Of a stretch of DNA of 64,000 nt, positions 49,862-59,529 are shown piece by piece (the first letter of the stretch is position 1; every line of letters begins with the position of its first letter). The DNA comes from Pedobacter sp. (GTDB lineage Bacteria > Desulfobacterota > Desulfuromonadia > Desulfuromonadales > Syntrophotaleaceae), in NCBI GenBank assembly GCA_050253415.1, contig JBFWJC010000001.1, positions 448,001 through 512,000 on the forward strand, in the 5' to 3' direction. The notes under the pieces were generated by a model that was given only the letters and a program-made list of their open reading frames with translations, was not told the DNA's origin and did no database searches. The translations under genes and the position numbers were made by a program.

Positions 49862-51460
49862 TTAAAACATGCCGATCACCAGCAGATTGACCGCGCCGAT
49901 GATGCCGCCGAGCAATGCCCCGAACAGGTTGATGTACTTGAACTGCTCCTGCATGATGCCGAGCAGCAGGTTTTCCACTGCCAGAATGTCGAGGCTGTTG
50001 ACCTTCTCTTCGACCATGCGGCTGACATCGAGGGAATCGACCAGTTGCGGCACTTCGCGGCAGAGCAGCTGCATTAACTGGGCGTTGAGGCCGTCCTCCA
50101 GTTCCAGTCGTATTTCGCTCGACATGCGTGACGACAAGCGGCCCAGGGGGAGTTGGAACAGCCAGTTTTCGACCAGGGATGCCAGTTCTGCATCGACCAT
50201 GGCCTGGGCTGCAGGGGAGCGCAGGGTCGCCAGCAAACGGTCGGTCACGGCCTGCCGCGCCCGCGGCATGCCGCCGGGGGGCAACATCCCGCTCAACAAT
50301 TCGCCCAGGGTGCGCTGCCGCAGAGGGTCGAGCATGCGGTCGACCAGGGTCTCCAGAGTTTTGCCCGCCGCCGGACCGCGCAGGGTTACGACCACTCTGG
50401 CCCGCACGAACCTCCGTACGCGGGCGATGCGCCCGTAAGGCATGTCGGCCAGCAAGGTTGCCGGGGATTTTTCCAGCAGCAGATCGAAACGCTCCCGAAT
50501 TACCTGGGCCACCTTGCGCCGGGTCTTCTCCTCGGCCAGACAACGGCTGAGTTCATCGCTGGCCCGGTCGAGCAGTCCGGGCAGGTACTGAGCAATCTTT
50601 TCCGGGGTGAGAAACCCTGCCACCAGGCCGCCCATCATGCCGAGCGACGCGGTGAAACCGGCGATCGCCTCCTGGGCCTTTTCCGCTAAGCGCTGGCGCA
50701 CCTCCGGATCCTGCAGCAAGGTCAGCAAGCGTTCCATCAACTCCGGCAGCTCCTGCTCGATCCAGTTCTGCACACTCTCGATCAGATCGTTGGGTACAAA
50801 GTCTCGCAACGGCCGATCTGATTCCAGCAGTTTCTGCAATTGCTCGTCCAGCATGCGGCCGGCTTCGCGGCCGACCTTGTCGGACTGCAGCCAGGCCACC
50901 GCCTTGCGTCGCAGATGGCGTTCCACCGCCGCCCGTTGCAGCGCACCCAGCATGCTGGCCGGTTCGCGCGCCAGCAGCGCATCGCCTTTTTCCTGCAGCC
51001 AGTTGGTCAGTCGGGTTTTGAAGGCCGGGCTTTCCAGATAATCGAACAGCGCCCGCACCGCCTTCCAGCGCAAGGTTTCGGTCAGTTCCCGAAACCGGCC
51101 TTTGAATTTATCCGGCACCAGATCCACCAGCGGTCCGAGATCCCGGTCGAGCAGTCCGCCGAGCTTGCCGGCCACCGCCTGGCGTAATTCGACCTGAAAG
51201 CTTTCCCGCTGCAACGCCCCGGCCACTTCATCCGGCGTCACCAGATGGCTGCCGACCATGTCGCCGATCCGGCGTGCCAGCTCCTCGCGCTTGGACGGAA
51301 TGATGCCGGGGGTCAACGGTACCCGGATGCCGAAAATCCGCCAGGCCCGCAACGGCCGGAAAAGCATGCGAATGGCGATATAATTGGTAACGTAACCGAT
51401 CACAGCCCCCAGCAGGGGCGGGGCCAGATAGGGAAGAGTTTGAATAATCGCTTCGGACAT
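49862..51460 (-). CDS. DUF445 (YheB-like) membrane protein
   Basis: GAVIGYVTNYIAIRMLFRP, GIIPSKR, C-terminal YINLFGALLGG. Confidence 0.85.
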   Translation of the reverse strand: MSEAIIQTLPYLAPPLLGAVIGYVTNYIAIRMLFRPLRAWRIFGIRVPLTPGIIPSKREELARRIGDMVGSHLVTPDEVAGALQRESFQVELRQAVAGKLGGLLDRDLGPLVDLVPDKFKGRFRELTETLRWKAVRALFDYLESPAFKTRLTNWLQEKGDALLAREPASMLGALQRAAVERHLRRKAVAWLQSDKVGREAGRMLDEQLQKLLESDRPLRDFVPNDLIESVQNWIEQELPELMERLLTLLQDPEVRQRLAEKAQEAIAGFTASLGMMGGLVAGFLTPEKIAQYLPGLLDRASDELSRCLAEEKTRRKVAQVIRERFDLLLEKSPATLLADMPYGRIARVRRFVRARVVVTLRGPAAGKTLETLVDRMLDPLRQRTLGELLSGMLPPGGMPRARQAVTDRLLATLRSPAAQAMVDAELASLVENWLFQLPLGRLSSRMSSEIRLELEDGLNAQLMQLLCREVPQLVDSLDVSRMVEEKVNSLDILAVENLLLGIMQEQFKYINLFGALLGGIIGAVNLLVIGMF

Positions 51461-51595
51461 GAGCACCTCGCGGTAATTAGATAAAGGGGGCGGCTGCTTG
51501 TGGTGCGGCCGCCGGTTATCATAACGATAATATAACGGGCGTGCAAGCACCACAAACCGCTCGATTTGTTAAACTTTTGGGGAGACGGTCAGAGG

Positions 51596-51753
51596 CAGTG
51601 GCTGGTGATCAGTGATTAGTGACGGGTTGTTCAGGGTAAATCCCATTGAGACGCCTTCCGAAGTTCCATCCAGCACATTCGGTGGTCGATAGATCGTGTA
51701 GAATAAATGCAGGAATCAGGTGTTTTTGACCAATCACCAGTCACTAATCACCG
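51596..51753. repeat. Inverted pair of heptamer repeat tracts (51596-51623 and 51726-51753)
   Basis: CAGTGGC TGGTGAT CAGTGAT TAGTGAC ... ATCACCA GTCACTA ATCACCG. Confidence 0.65.
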
Positions 51754-51819
51754 GGCTAGAAAAAGTTCCCTGATCGTAAAAACTAAATGACTAGAGTCAA
51801 CAGACAAGGAATGCACCCT

Positions 51820-52314
51820 ATGACCTCACAGGATTCAGCCGTGGAAGCCAAACTTTGCATTCGTGAAATGAGCATCGATGACCTTTCCGAGGTGTTTCAT
51901 ATCGGCGAAGAAGTATTCACCGCCGAATTTTCGCCCACTCTTTACCGCACCTGGGATGAATACGAAATCACCACCATGTTCAATTCCGATACGGAACTGT
52001 GCCTGGTGGCCGAAATGGAGGACAACATCGTCGGTTTCGCCCTCGGCACGACGGTGGAAAAACAACGCGGTCCCTGGAAATACGGCTATCTGGTGTGGCT
52101 TGGCGTCCGTCCGATGATCCAAAAGGCCAACATCGGCAAAGCGTTGTTTCGGGAGCTGCGCCGCCGCATGCAAGACCAGGGGGTGCGCATGATCATTGTG
52201 GACACTGCTGCCGATAACAAGGCGGCGCTGTCTTTTTTTCGCAAGCAAGGCTTCAGTAACCCGCGTGAGCACGTCTACCTGAGCCTCAACCTGACGCGTC
52301 CGCACAAAAAATAG
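51820..52314 (+). CDS. GNAT family N-acetyltransferase
   Basis: IVGFALG, LGVRP.IQKANIGKAL, NKAALSFFRKQGF. Confidence 0.85.
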   Translation: MTSQDSAVEAKLCIREMSIDDLSEVFHIGEEVFTAEFSPTLYRTWDEYEITTMFNSDTELCLVAEMEDNIVGFALGTTVEKQRGPWKYGYLVWLGVRPMIQKANIGKALFRELRRRMQDQGVRMIIVDTAADNKAALSFFRKQGFSNPREHVYLSLNLTRPHKK

Positions 52315-52315
52315 G

Positions 52316-53530
52316 ATGGCCATGTTAGCACTCTGGGAAACATTGCGTACCCACCTGCGTCGCGACCGGTTGCACCGCCTGTTGTGGGAGATGGTGGAGA
52401 TCTATTCGCCATCCGGCAAAGAGGAAGATATTCAGCTGTTTCTTGAAGAAACCCTGCAAAAGGCCGGTTTGACGGTGCATCGGGAAACGTTGGACGAGAC
52501 CCGCTTCAACCTGCGCTGCACCATGGGGGAGGGAGAACCCGACTTTTACCTGGTGGGGCATGTCGACACCGTTGCCGACTGGGATCTGCAGGGCGAAGGG
52601 CCGCGCCAGCAGGGCGGTATCCTTCACGGTCTCGGTACCGCCGACATGAAAGCCGGCTGCGCCGCCATGGTCGAAGCCTTTTTGACCCTGGCCGAAACCC
52701 TGCCTCCGGAAAAGCGACCCTGCGTAGGTTTGTTGCTGGTGGTGGGGGAAGAAGAGGACGGCGCCGGCAGCCTGCTGTTCCTCGCCGAACACCGGCCCGC
52801 CTGGGTGGTGATCGGCGAACCGACCGGTCTGCAGGTCTGCTGTGGGCATTACGGCTACCTGGAGGTGACCCTGACCACCAGCGGCCGCCGCAGCCACTCC
52901 TGCCTGCCGGAGCACGGCCACAATGCGGTGGAGTCGATGCTGCGCGTGCTTTTGCACCTGGGCCGCGCGCCGCTGCTGCGTAAAGCCGACAGCGGGCTGG
53001 TCTACTCCATCCGCGAAATGAACTCCTCACGGGCCGGCTTCGTGGTACCCGATCGCTGCGAAACCTGGATCGACCTGCACCTGCCGCCAACCCTCGATCT
53101 GGATAAAACCATTGCTGCCCTGCGCCGCCGTCTGGCCGCCGCCAGCCGCAACATTACCGGGTTGGAGCTGGAGGTCGAATTCCCCTGGGCCAGCCGCAGT
53201 TACGATCTGGGCACCGACCACTGGCCGGGGCATGTGCTGACGGAGCTGTATCCGCGTCTGGCATGGCCGCTGGGATTCACCGCTTTTCGCTCGCATTCCG
53301 ACGGGAACCTGTTTCATGAAAAAGGTTGTCGTCCCTTGCTGCTGGGCCCCGGTGCCCTGGAAACCGCCCATACCTGGGACGAACAGGTGCCGCTGAAGGA
53401 GGTCGATCTGGCCGCGGCCATTTACCTGGGACTGTGCCTGGCTGCGCCGGGCCCGCGTGAAACGCATTTATCTTTGGAGGATGAGGAAACCGGTTCGGAT
53501 GAAGCCGGTTTGGAGCCGATCATCGATTAG
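52316..53530 (+). CDS. M20 family metallo-hydrolase (ArgE/DapE-like)
   Basis: GHVDTV, GTADMKAG, GEEED, IGEPT, AHTWDE. Confidence 0.88.
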   Translation: MAMLALWETLRTHLRRDRLHRLLWEMVEIYSPSGKEEDIQLFLEETLQKAGLTVHRETLDETRFNLRCTMGEGEPDFYLVGHVDTVADWDLQGEGPRQQGGILHGLGTADMKAGCAAMVEAFLTLAETLPPEKRPCVGLLLVVGEEEDGAGSLLFLAEHRPAWVVIGEPTGLQVCCGHYGYLEVTLTTSGRRSHSCLPEHGHNAVESMLRVLLHLGRAPLLRKADSGLVYSIREMNSSRAGFVVPDRCETWIDLHLPPTLDLDKTIAALRRRLAAASRNITGLELEVEFPWASRSYDLGTDHWPGHVLTELYPRLAWPLGFTAFRSHSDGNLFHEKGCRPLLLGPGALETAHTWDEQVPLKEVDLAAAIYLGLCLAAPGPRETHLSLEDEETGSDEAGLEPIID

Positions 53531-53557
53531 GCGAAGAACTGGAAAGGCTACCTGACG

Positions 53558-53588
53558 CGCCCTCCCCGTGAAGGGGAGGGCGTTTTTT
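53558..53588 (+). terminator. Intrinsic terminator
   Basis: CGCCCTCCCC-GTGAA-GGGGAGGGCG followed by TTTTTT. Confidence 0.8.
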
Positions 53589-53599
53589 CGGGGGGATAA

Positions 53600-54595
53600 T
53601 CAGCTGTCGATTTCGATCAGGGAATCATCCCCGATATGCATGCGGCGCGGCGAACCGGCCAGTCGTACACCGTTGCCGAGGATACTGAAACGCAGATTGG
53701 CGTCCTTGACCTGGCAGTCGGCATTGATGATGGAGTCGCGCACGATGCTGTCCTCGATCACCGTGCCGGTCGCCAGCGACACGCAAGGCCCGATGATGCT
53801 GCCGCGCACCGTGACGCCGTCGGCGATGAACACCGGCGGGATCACCACCGTGTCGATGAGGTCGCCCCGGCAGCTATGCCGCTCCTTGAGCAGGTAGCAG
53901 TTGGTTTGCAGCAGGGTCTCCGGCTTGCCGCAGTCGAGCCAGGCGTCGATTTCCGGCGCGCGGAAGCGCTTGCCGTCCTTGACCATGCGCATAAAGACCG
54001 CCGGCAGGTAAAATTCGCCCTTTACCGTGTCGCCGGCCTGAATCGTCTGGTCGAGATACTGCATGAAGCCGCCGGCATCCTTGAGATAGTAGAGACCGAC
54101 CTGCGCCAGCCGCGAAACCGGCGTATCGGGTTTTTCCACCATGTCGACGATGATGCCGTCGCGGATGACGTTGACACCGAAACGCTGGTAATCCTCGACT
54201 TCCTTCGAATAGATCAGGCCGTCGCAATCGGCGCACAATTCGGGGATACGGGTAAGGTCGGTGACGAAGATGGTGTCGTTGAACACCACCAGCACGTCGT
54301 CGCCCGGCGCGATGCGGGGCGCCGCCAGGGAGACGGCATGCGCCGGACCGAGACGATCCGACTGCACGATATAGCTGCAATTCAGATCGGGGAAGCAGCG
54401 CTTCATAAACGCTTCGATCTGATGCCCGTTCTCGTCAGTGATAAAGATCAGCTCTTCGGCGTCGAGCACCTTGAGGCGCTCGATGATATGCTCCAGAACC
54501 GTCTTGCCAGCCACCTGCACCAGTGATTTGGCGCGTGTGTGGGTATGAGGGCGCAGTCGCGTGCCTTTGCCCGCCACCGGCAGAATGATTTTCAT
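53600..54595 (-). CDS. Sugar-phosphate nucleotidyltransferase with C-terminal left-handed beta-helix
   Basis: AGKGTRLRPHT..K, VEKP, WLDCG, hexapeptide repeats. Confidence 0.88.
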   Translation of the reverse strand: MKIILPVAGKGTRLRPHTHTRAKSLVQVAGKTVLEHIIERLKVLDAEELIFITDENGHQIEAFMKRCFPDLNCSYIVQSDRLGPAHAVSLAAPRIAPGDDVLVVFNDTIFVTDLTRIPELCADCDGLIYSKEVEDYQRFGVNVIRDGIIVDMVEKPDTPVSRLAQVGLYYLKDAGGFMQYLDQTIQAGDTVKGEFYLPAVFMRMVKDGKRFRAPEIDAWLDCGKPETLLQTNCYLLKERHSCRGDLIDTVVIPPVFIADGVTVRGSIIGPCVSLATGTVIEDSIVRDSIINADCQVKDANLRFSILGNGVRLAGSPRRMHIGDDSLIEIDS

Positions 54596-54777
54596 GCCGT
54601 CCTCCGTGAATATGAAGTCTTGTCAGAACCGGGCCGTTTCCGGTAGCATGGGCCCGCTGTCGAAGAGACTATAACCGCAATGTCCCGTCCGGGCAAGTTT
54701 TCGCGTTACGCGTTGTCACGTAACCCCTTGACACCACTGAGGCGCACCGTCGGGCTGCATACCCATAAGGAATCATC

Positions 54778-55656
54778 ATGAAGGATCATCTGTATCGCGT
54801 AGCCACCAAGGACGGCACCCTGCGTGCCACCGCTGCCGTCACCACCGAACTGGTCGATGCCATCTGTCAGCGCCAGGGCACCGATCCCACCGCCAGCATT
54901 GCGCTGGGACGGCTGGTCACCGGCACCGCCCTGATGGGCAGCCTGCTCAAGGGCGATCAGCGCCTGGCCCTGATGATCGAGGGTAACGGGCCGCTCAAAA
55001 AGCTGCACGCCGAGACCGATGCGCTGGGTCAGGTGCGCGGTTCGGTCAAGGTACCGGTGTCCGGCGTACCCCCCACCGAAAAAGGCTTCGACGTACCGGC
55101 CGCCGTCGGCCGCGCCGGTTTCCTGCATGTCGTCAAGGACCTCGGCCTCAAAGAACCCTATCGCGGCATGGTCACGCTCTACAGCAGCGAGATCGCCGAG
55201 GATATCGCCTATTACCTGACCTCTTCCGAGCAGGTGCCTTCCACCGTCGCGCTCGGCGTGTACCTGGAAAAAGACGGCCATATCTCCGCCGCCGGCGGGC
55301 TGCTGGTGCAGGCCATGCCCGAAGGCGAAGAGGCCCTGATCGACCTGCTCGAACAGCGCCTGATTTCCCTGCCGTCGATCTCCACCTTGCTGCGCGATGG
55401 CAAAGGACCCCGGCAGATTATCGAGGAACTGTTCGCCGGTATCCCCCTCGGCCAGACCGAAGAGACGCCGCTGGTGTTCCGCTGCACCTGCAGCCGTCCC
55501 CAGGTGCTGAACATGCTCAAAACCCTCGGCGCCGAGGAATTGCAGGAGATGGTCGCCAAGGATGAAGAGACCGTTGTTACCTGCGAATTCTGCAAAGAAA
55601 GTTACACCTTCAGCCCCGACGAGCTCAAAGCCCTGCTCGCCGGGAGCGACAAGTAA
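54778..55656 (+). CDS. hslO: Redox-regulated chaperone Hsp33
   Basis: YLTSSEQVPS, AAGGLLVQAMP, CTCS...CEFC zinc motif. Confidence 0.95.
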   Translation: MKDHLYRVATKDGTLRATAAVTTELVDAICQRQGTDPTASIALGRLVTGTALMGSLLKGDQRLALMIEGNGPLKKLHAETDALGQVRGSVKVPVSGVPPTEKGFDVPAAVGRAGFLHVVKDLGLKEPYRGMVTLYSSEIAEDIAYYLTSSEQVPSTVALGVYLEKDGHISAAGGLLVQAMPEGEEALIDLLEQRLISLPSISTLLRDGKGPRQIIEELFAGIPLGQTEETPLVFRCTCSRPQVLNMLKTLGAEELQEMVAKDEETVVTCEFCKESYTFSPDELKALLAGSDK

Positions 55657-55662
55657 CCGCCC

Positions 55663-56703
55663 ATGAGCCGACAGCCTTTATTGCCCGAAAAGTTTCTGCA
55701 GCAGGCCGCGCAATGCCCGGTGTTCGATGCCCGTTCCCCCTCCGAATACCACAAGGGACATATCCCCGGCGCTCACAACCTGCCGCTGTTTTCCGACGCG
55801 GAAAGGCACGAGATCGGCATCCTGTATAAGCAGCAGGGGCGGGAACAGGCTGTCACCCGCGGGCTGGAGATCGTCGGGCCGCGCCTGACGGAGTACATCG
55901 CCCAGGTCAAAAAAATTACCGACGCCAAAACCATCCTGGTGCACTGCTGGCGCGGCGGCATGCGCAGCGAATCGCTGGCCTGGCTGCTGGGCAAGGTCGG
56001 CTACCGCGTCGGTTTGCTCAAAGGCGGCTACAAGGCGTACCGGCAGTGCGTGCTGGAAAGTTTCGAGCAGCCCCTGCAGTTGCTGGTGCTGGGCGGCATG
56101 ACCGGCAGCGGCAAGACCGAAATGCTGCACAATCTGCAGCGCCGGGGGCAGCAGGTCCTCGATCTGGAAGGACTGGCCTGCCACCGGGGTTCGGCTTTTG
56201 GCGCCATGGACGACGTCGAGCAACCCTCCACCGAGCAATTTGAAAACGATGTCCACGCAGCACTGCAGGGCCTGCAAGTCGACCAGCCGATTTGGGTCGA
56301 AGACGAGAGCCGCAAGATCGGCCGCGTCAGCGTCCCCGAAGCCCTGTTCAAGCAAATGCGCAGCGCGCCCCTGGTTCGCGTGCACGTGTCTCGCGAAATC
56401 CGGGTCCAGCGCCTGTGCAGCGACTACGGCAACGTCGCGCCGGAAAAACTTGCCGACGCGGTACACAACATCAGCAAGCGCCTCGGTGGGGAAAAAACCA
56501 AGCTCGCCCTGCAAGCCATTGCTGACGGTGATTACGCCACCGCCACCCACGCCATCCTCGACTACTACGACAAAACCTACCTGTTCGGTATTTCAAAGCG
56601 CAACCCGACCCGCACCATCGATCTCGATCCTACCCCCGAGCTGCCCGGCGCCATCGCCACGGCCTTGAGCGAAATAGCACGGGAGGTTAGCGGTAAGCTG
56701 TAA
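55663..56703 (+). CDS. mnmH: tRNA 2-selenouridine synthase
   Basis: Rhodanese domain (DARSPSEY, CWRGGMRS), GMTGSGKT, DLEGLACHRGSAFG, EDESRKIG. Confidence 0.93.
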   Translation: MSRQPLLPEKFLQQAAQCPVFDARSPSEYHKGHIPGAHNLPLFSDAERHEIGILYKQQGREQAVTRGLEIVGPRLTEYIAQVKKITDAKTILVHCWRGGMRSESLAWLLGKVGYRVGLLKGGYKAYRQCVLESFEQPLQLLVLGGMTGSGKTEMLHNLQRRGQQVLDLEGLACHRGSAFGAMDDVEQPSTEQFENDVHAALQGLQVDQPIWVEDESRKIGRVSVPEALFKQMRSAPLVRVHVSREIRVQRLCSDYGNVAPEKLADAVHNISKRLGGEKTKLALQAIADGDYATATHAILDYYDKTYLFGISKRNPTRTIDLDPTPELPGAIATALSEIAREVSGKL

Positions 56704-56984
56704 GTTCTCTGTCCGAGGCTCTACGGCTCATCCTTGGTAGTTTGCCGGGTATTCGCAATTCGACACTGCCCGATCAAGGATGACGGAACATTGCCTCTTG
56801 TGGATGTTCTTCCCTCCGTAAAATCTCTGCAGTCTGGTCGGCTGCCAGGCAGTCAAAATCCTCCTCTCTGATATGCAAAAAACTATTCATTAAACTAAGC
56901 TATTGAAAGTTTGCGGCAAAAGTTTTACTATTCCTCTCCAAATTGCATTGGCAGTCCTTAGGATGATCGTGGCAGGAGGAAAGG

Positions 56985-57683
56985 ATGCAGAGTCTGGCGG
57001 ACGGTTTGTTGTGGTATTTCGCATTTATCTTATCGGTCGTGGTTCACGAAGCGTCTCATGCGCTGGCGGCTTTCAAGCTCGGGGATCGGACGGCGTATGA
57101 GGGTGGTCAGGTGACCATTGACCCGATCCCTCATATCAAGCGTGAGCCCCTCGGGACAGTACTGGTGCCCGTGCTGTCCTATTTCTCGGGCGGCTGGATG
57201 TTCGGCTGGGCCAGCGCCCCGTACGATCGCGATTGGGCTCGGCGTCACCCTGACCGGTCCGCACTTATGTCCCTCGCCGGTCCGTTATCCAACTTACTTT
57301 TGGTGATTGTCTGCTGCCTCCTGATTCGTCTGGGTATGGCTCTGGATATTTTTTATGCTCCCGACACGGTCAATTTTTCCCACATTACCGCAGCCGTTAA
57401 TCACGGCATTACCGATGGGATTGCCAGCTTGTTGAGCATCATGTTTTCTTTGAATCTGATCCTTTTCTGTTTTAACCTGCTGCCGCTGCCTCCCCTTGAT
57501 GGCAGTGGCATCGTGCCCCTGTTCCTGAGTCGGGAGCGCGCTGTCAGCTACCTCGATTTTATTGAGAGCACACCGCTGATGTTCCTCGGCTTGTTGTTTG
57601 CCTGGAATGTTTTTGGTTATCTTTTTGATCCTATCCATTTGGGAGTCGTCAATTTGCTGTATCCCGGAGTCGGGTACCATTGA
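56985..57683 (+). CDS. Site-2 protease family (M50) membrane peptidase
   Basis: HEASH, AGPLSN, FNLLPLPPLDG. Confidence 0.92.
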   Translation: MQSLADGLLWYFAFILSVVVHEASHALAAFKLGDRTAYEGGQVTIDPIPHIKREPLGTVLVPVLSYFSGGWMFGWASAPYDRDWARRHPDRSALMSLAGPLSNLLLVIVCCLLIRLGMALDIFYAPDTVNFSHITAAVNHGITDGIASLLSIMFSLNLILFCFNLLPLPPLDGSGIVPLFLSRERAVSYLDFIESTPLMFLGLLFAWNVFGYLFDPIHLGVVNLLYPGVGYH

Positions 57684-57818
57684 TAATAAACAGCTTCAGC
57701 TGCCCTTCTGTTTCTAATGTGTGAATCCGCTAAAAATAGTGGCGAATCGGCTGTTCCTGTGCCATCATAACAACCCATTCATTGATTCTTACTATGGGGA
57801 TGCAGCGGGAGGGGCAGG

Positions 57819-59309
57819 ATGGGTTCACGTCAGGGTGGTTCAGGTCTTAGCAAGTCACTGATCCTCAAAGGTTTGCAGTGTCAAAAGGCGCTGTGGCTGG
57901 CCAAAAATCCTCCCGATTTTCCCCTACCCGAAAAACCCGAACTGCAGGCCAAATTCGATCTCGGTACCGAGGTCGGCATCCTCGCCCAACAGCTCTTCCC
58001 CGGCGGCACCGAGGTGCCCTTCGAGGGGCTTTCCTTCTCCGATCAGCTGACCCGCACCCGGCAACTCATCGACAACGGCGCGCAGGTCATCTACGAGGCG
58101 TCGTTTTCCTTCTCCGCTATCTTCGTCAAGGTCGATATCCTGGTGCGCGACGGCGATGCCTGGCAGATCCACGAGGTCAAGATGGGCACCAGCGTCAAGG
58201 ATGTCAATCTCGACGACGTCGCCGTGCAGCACTATGTGCTCAACGGATGCGGCCTATCCGTTTCCAAGTGCTTCCTGGTGCATATCGACAACAGCTATGT
58301 GCGCCAGGGCGCCATCGAAGTCGACAAGCTGTTCGCCAGCGAGGACATCACCCTCAAGGTGCTGGCGCGTCTGCAGAGCATGCCGCAGATCGTCGCGGAG
58401 CTGCGCGCCACCCTGCGTGGTGGGGGCGAGCCCGCCATCGACATCGGCCCGCACTGCAACGACCCCTACGAATGCGATTACATCCCCTACTGCTGGCAGC
58501 ATATCCCCGAAGATTCGATCTTCGACCTGCGCGGCCTCGGCGTCGACAAGTTCGCTTTATACAAGCGCGGCATCATCCGCCTCGCCGATGTGCCGCTCAA
58601 TGAACTCAACCCGGCCCAGCGCCAGCAGGCCGAGGCGACCCTCAATCAGCAGGATGCGATCAACCCGCAGCAGGTCAAAGCGTTCCTCGATAGCCTCTGG
58701 TACCCGCTGTGCCATCTTGATTTCGAAACCTTCGACACCCCGATCCCCCCCTTCGACGGCGTCCGCCCGTATCAGAAGGTCCCTTTCCAGTATTCGCTGC
58801 ATATCCAAACGGAAGCAGGCGCCGAGCCGCAGCATTTCGAATATCTGGCCCCGCCGAATGTCGATCCCCGCCGCGAGCTGATCGAACAGTTGCTTGCCGC
58901 CATTCCTGCCGATGCTTGCGTGTTGACCTACAACCAAGCTTTCGAGAAGGGGGTTTTGCGTGAACTCGCCGCACTGTTCCCCGATCTGGCCGAGGCTATC
59001 GAAGGGCGGATTTCCAACGTGCGCGACTTGATGTTGCCCTTCAAGCGGCGCGATGTGTATCGCTGGCCGATGCGCGGTTCCTATTCGATCAAAGAGGTGC
59101 TGCCGGCGATGGTGCCCGAGCTTTCTTATGAAGGGCTGGAGATCGCCAACGGCATGGCGGCGATGCAGGCTTATCGGGAGATGTGTGCGCTGGAGGACCC
59201 CGTGGCGCTTACGGAGTTAAGAAGGGCGATGTTGGAATATTGCCGGTTGGATACTTTGGCGATGGTTAGGATCTTGGGGGTGTTAGTTGAAATAGGGGAG
59301 TGTCGCTAG
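57819..59309 (+). CDS. DUF2779-like protein (Cas4/RecB-like nuclease plus RNase H-like domain)
   Basis: LSKS..L.GLQC.K.LWL, DIL...HEVK, CxxPxxCx5C, LDFET, YN..FEK, YSIKEVLP, YCRLD. Confidence 0.8.
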   Translation: MGSRQGGSGLSKSLILKGLQCQKALWLAKNPPDFPLPEKPELQAKFDLGTEVGILAQQLFPGGTEVPFEGLSFSDQLTRTRQLIDNGAQVIYEASFSFSAIFVKVDILVRDGDAWQIHEVKMGTSVKDVNLDDVAVQHYVLNGCGLSVSKCFLVHIDNSYVRQGAIEVDKLFASEDITLKVLARLQSMPQIVAELRATLRGGGEPAIDIGPHCNDPYECDYIPYCWQHIPEDSIFDLRGLGVDKFALYKRGIIRLADVPLNELNPAQRQQAEATLNQQDAINPQQVKAFLDSLWYPLCHLDFETFDTPIPPFDGVRPYQKVPFQYSLHIQTEAGAEPQHFEYLAPPNVDPRRELIEQLLAAIPADACVLTYNQAFEKGVLRELAALFPDLAEAIEGRISNVRDLMLPFKRRDVYRWPMRGSYSIKEVLPAMVPELSYEGLEIANGMAAMQAYREMCALEDPVALTELRRAMLEYCRLDTLAMVRILGVLVEIGECR

Positions 59310-59406
59310 TTTTGCAAGTAGTGGGGATTTTCGGTTACTAGAGGAAATGCTAAAAAACGATTCAAATATTGTATTCAAACAAAGAGTTATGGATGGTAGT
59401 GAGGTT

Positions 59407-59501
59407 ATCTAACAAACTGTTCAACAGAACAAAGCACAGTGGGCTATTTTCGATCCTCAAGTTTTATCCAACAATATTTTGCCTGTTAACAAGGGTTTAA
59501 T
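59407..59501 (+). mobile_element. Degenerate integron attC-like recombination site
   Basis: ATCTAAC-N5-GTTCAAC...GTTAAC-AAGG-GTTTAAT with complementary arms and an extra base in the left L box. Confidence 0.55.
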
Positions 59502-59529
59502 ATTTTCTAAGAGGAATCAATTAACTTTC

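Noticed and set aside
47922..51753. Short periodic repeats considered as a CRISPR array
   Set aside because: Units are 7-9 bp, arranged as inverted arms without unique 30-40 bp spacers, and no cas operon is present.
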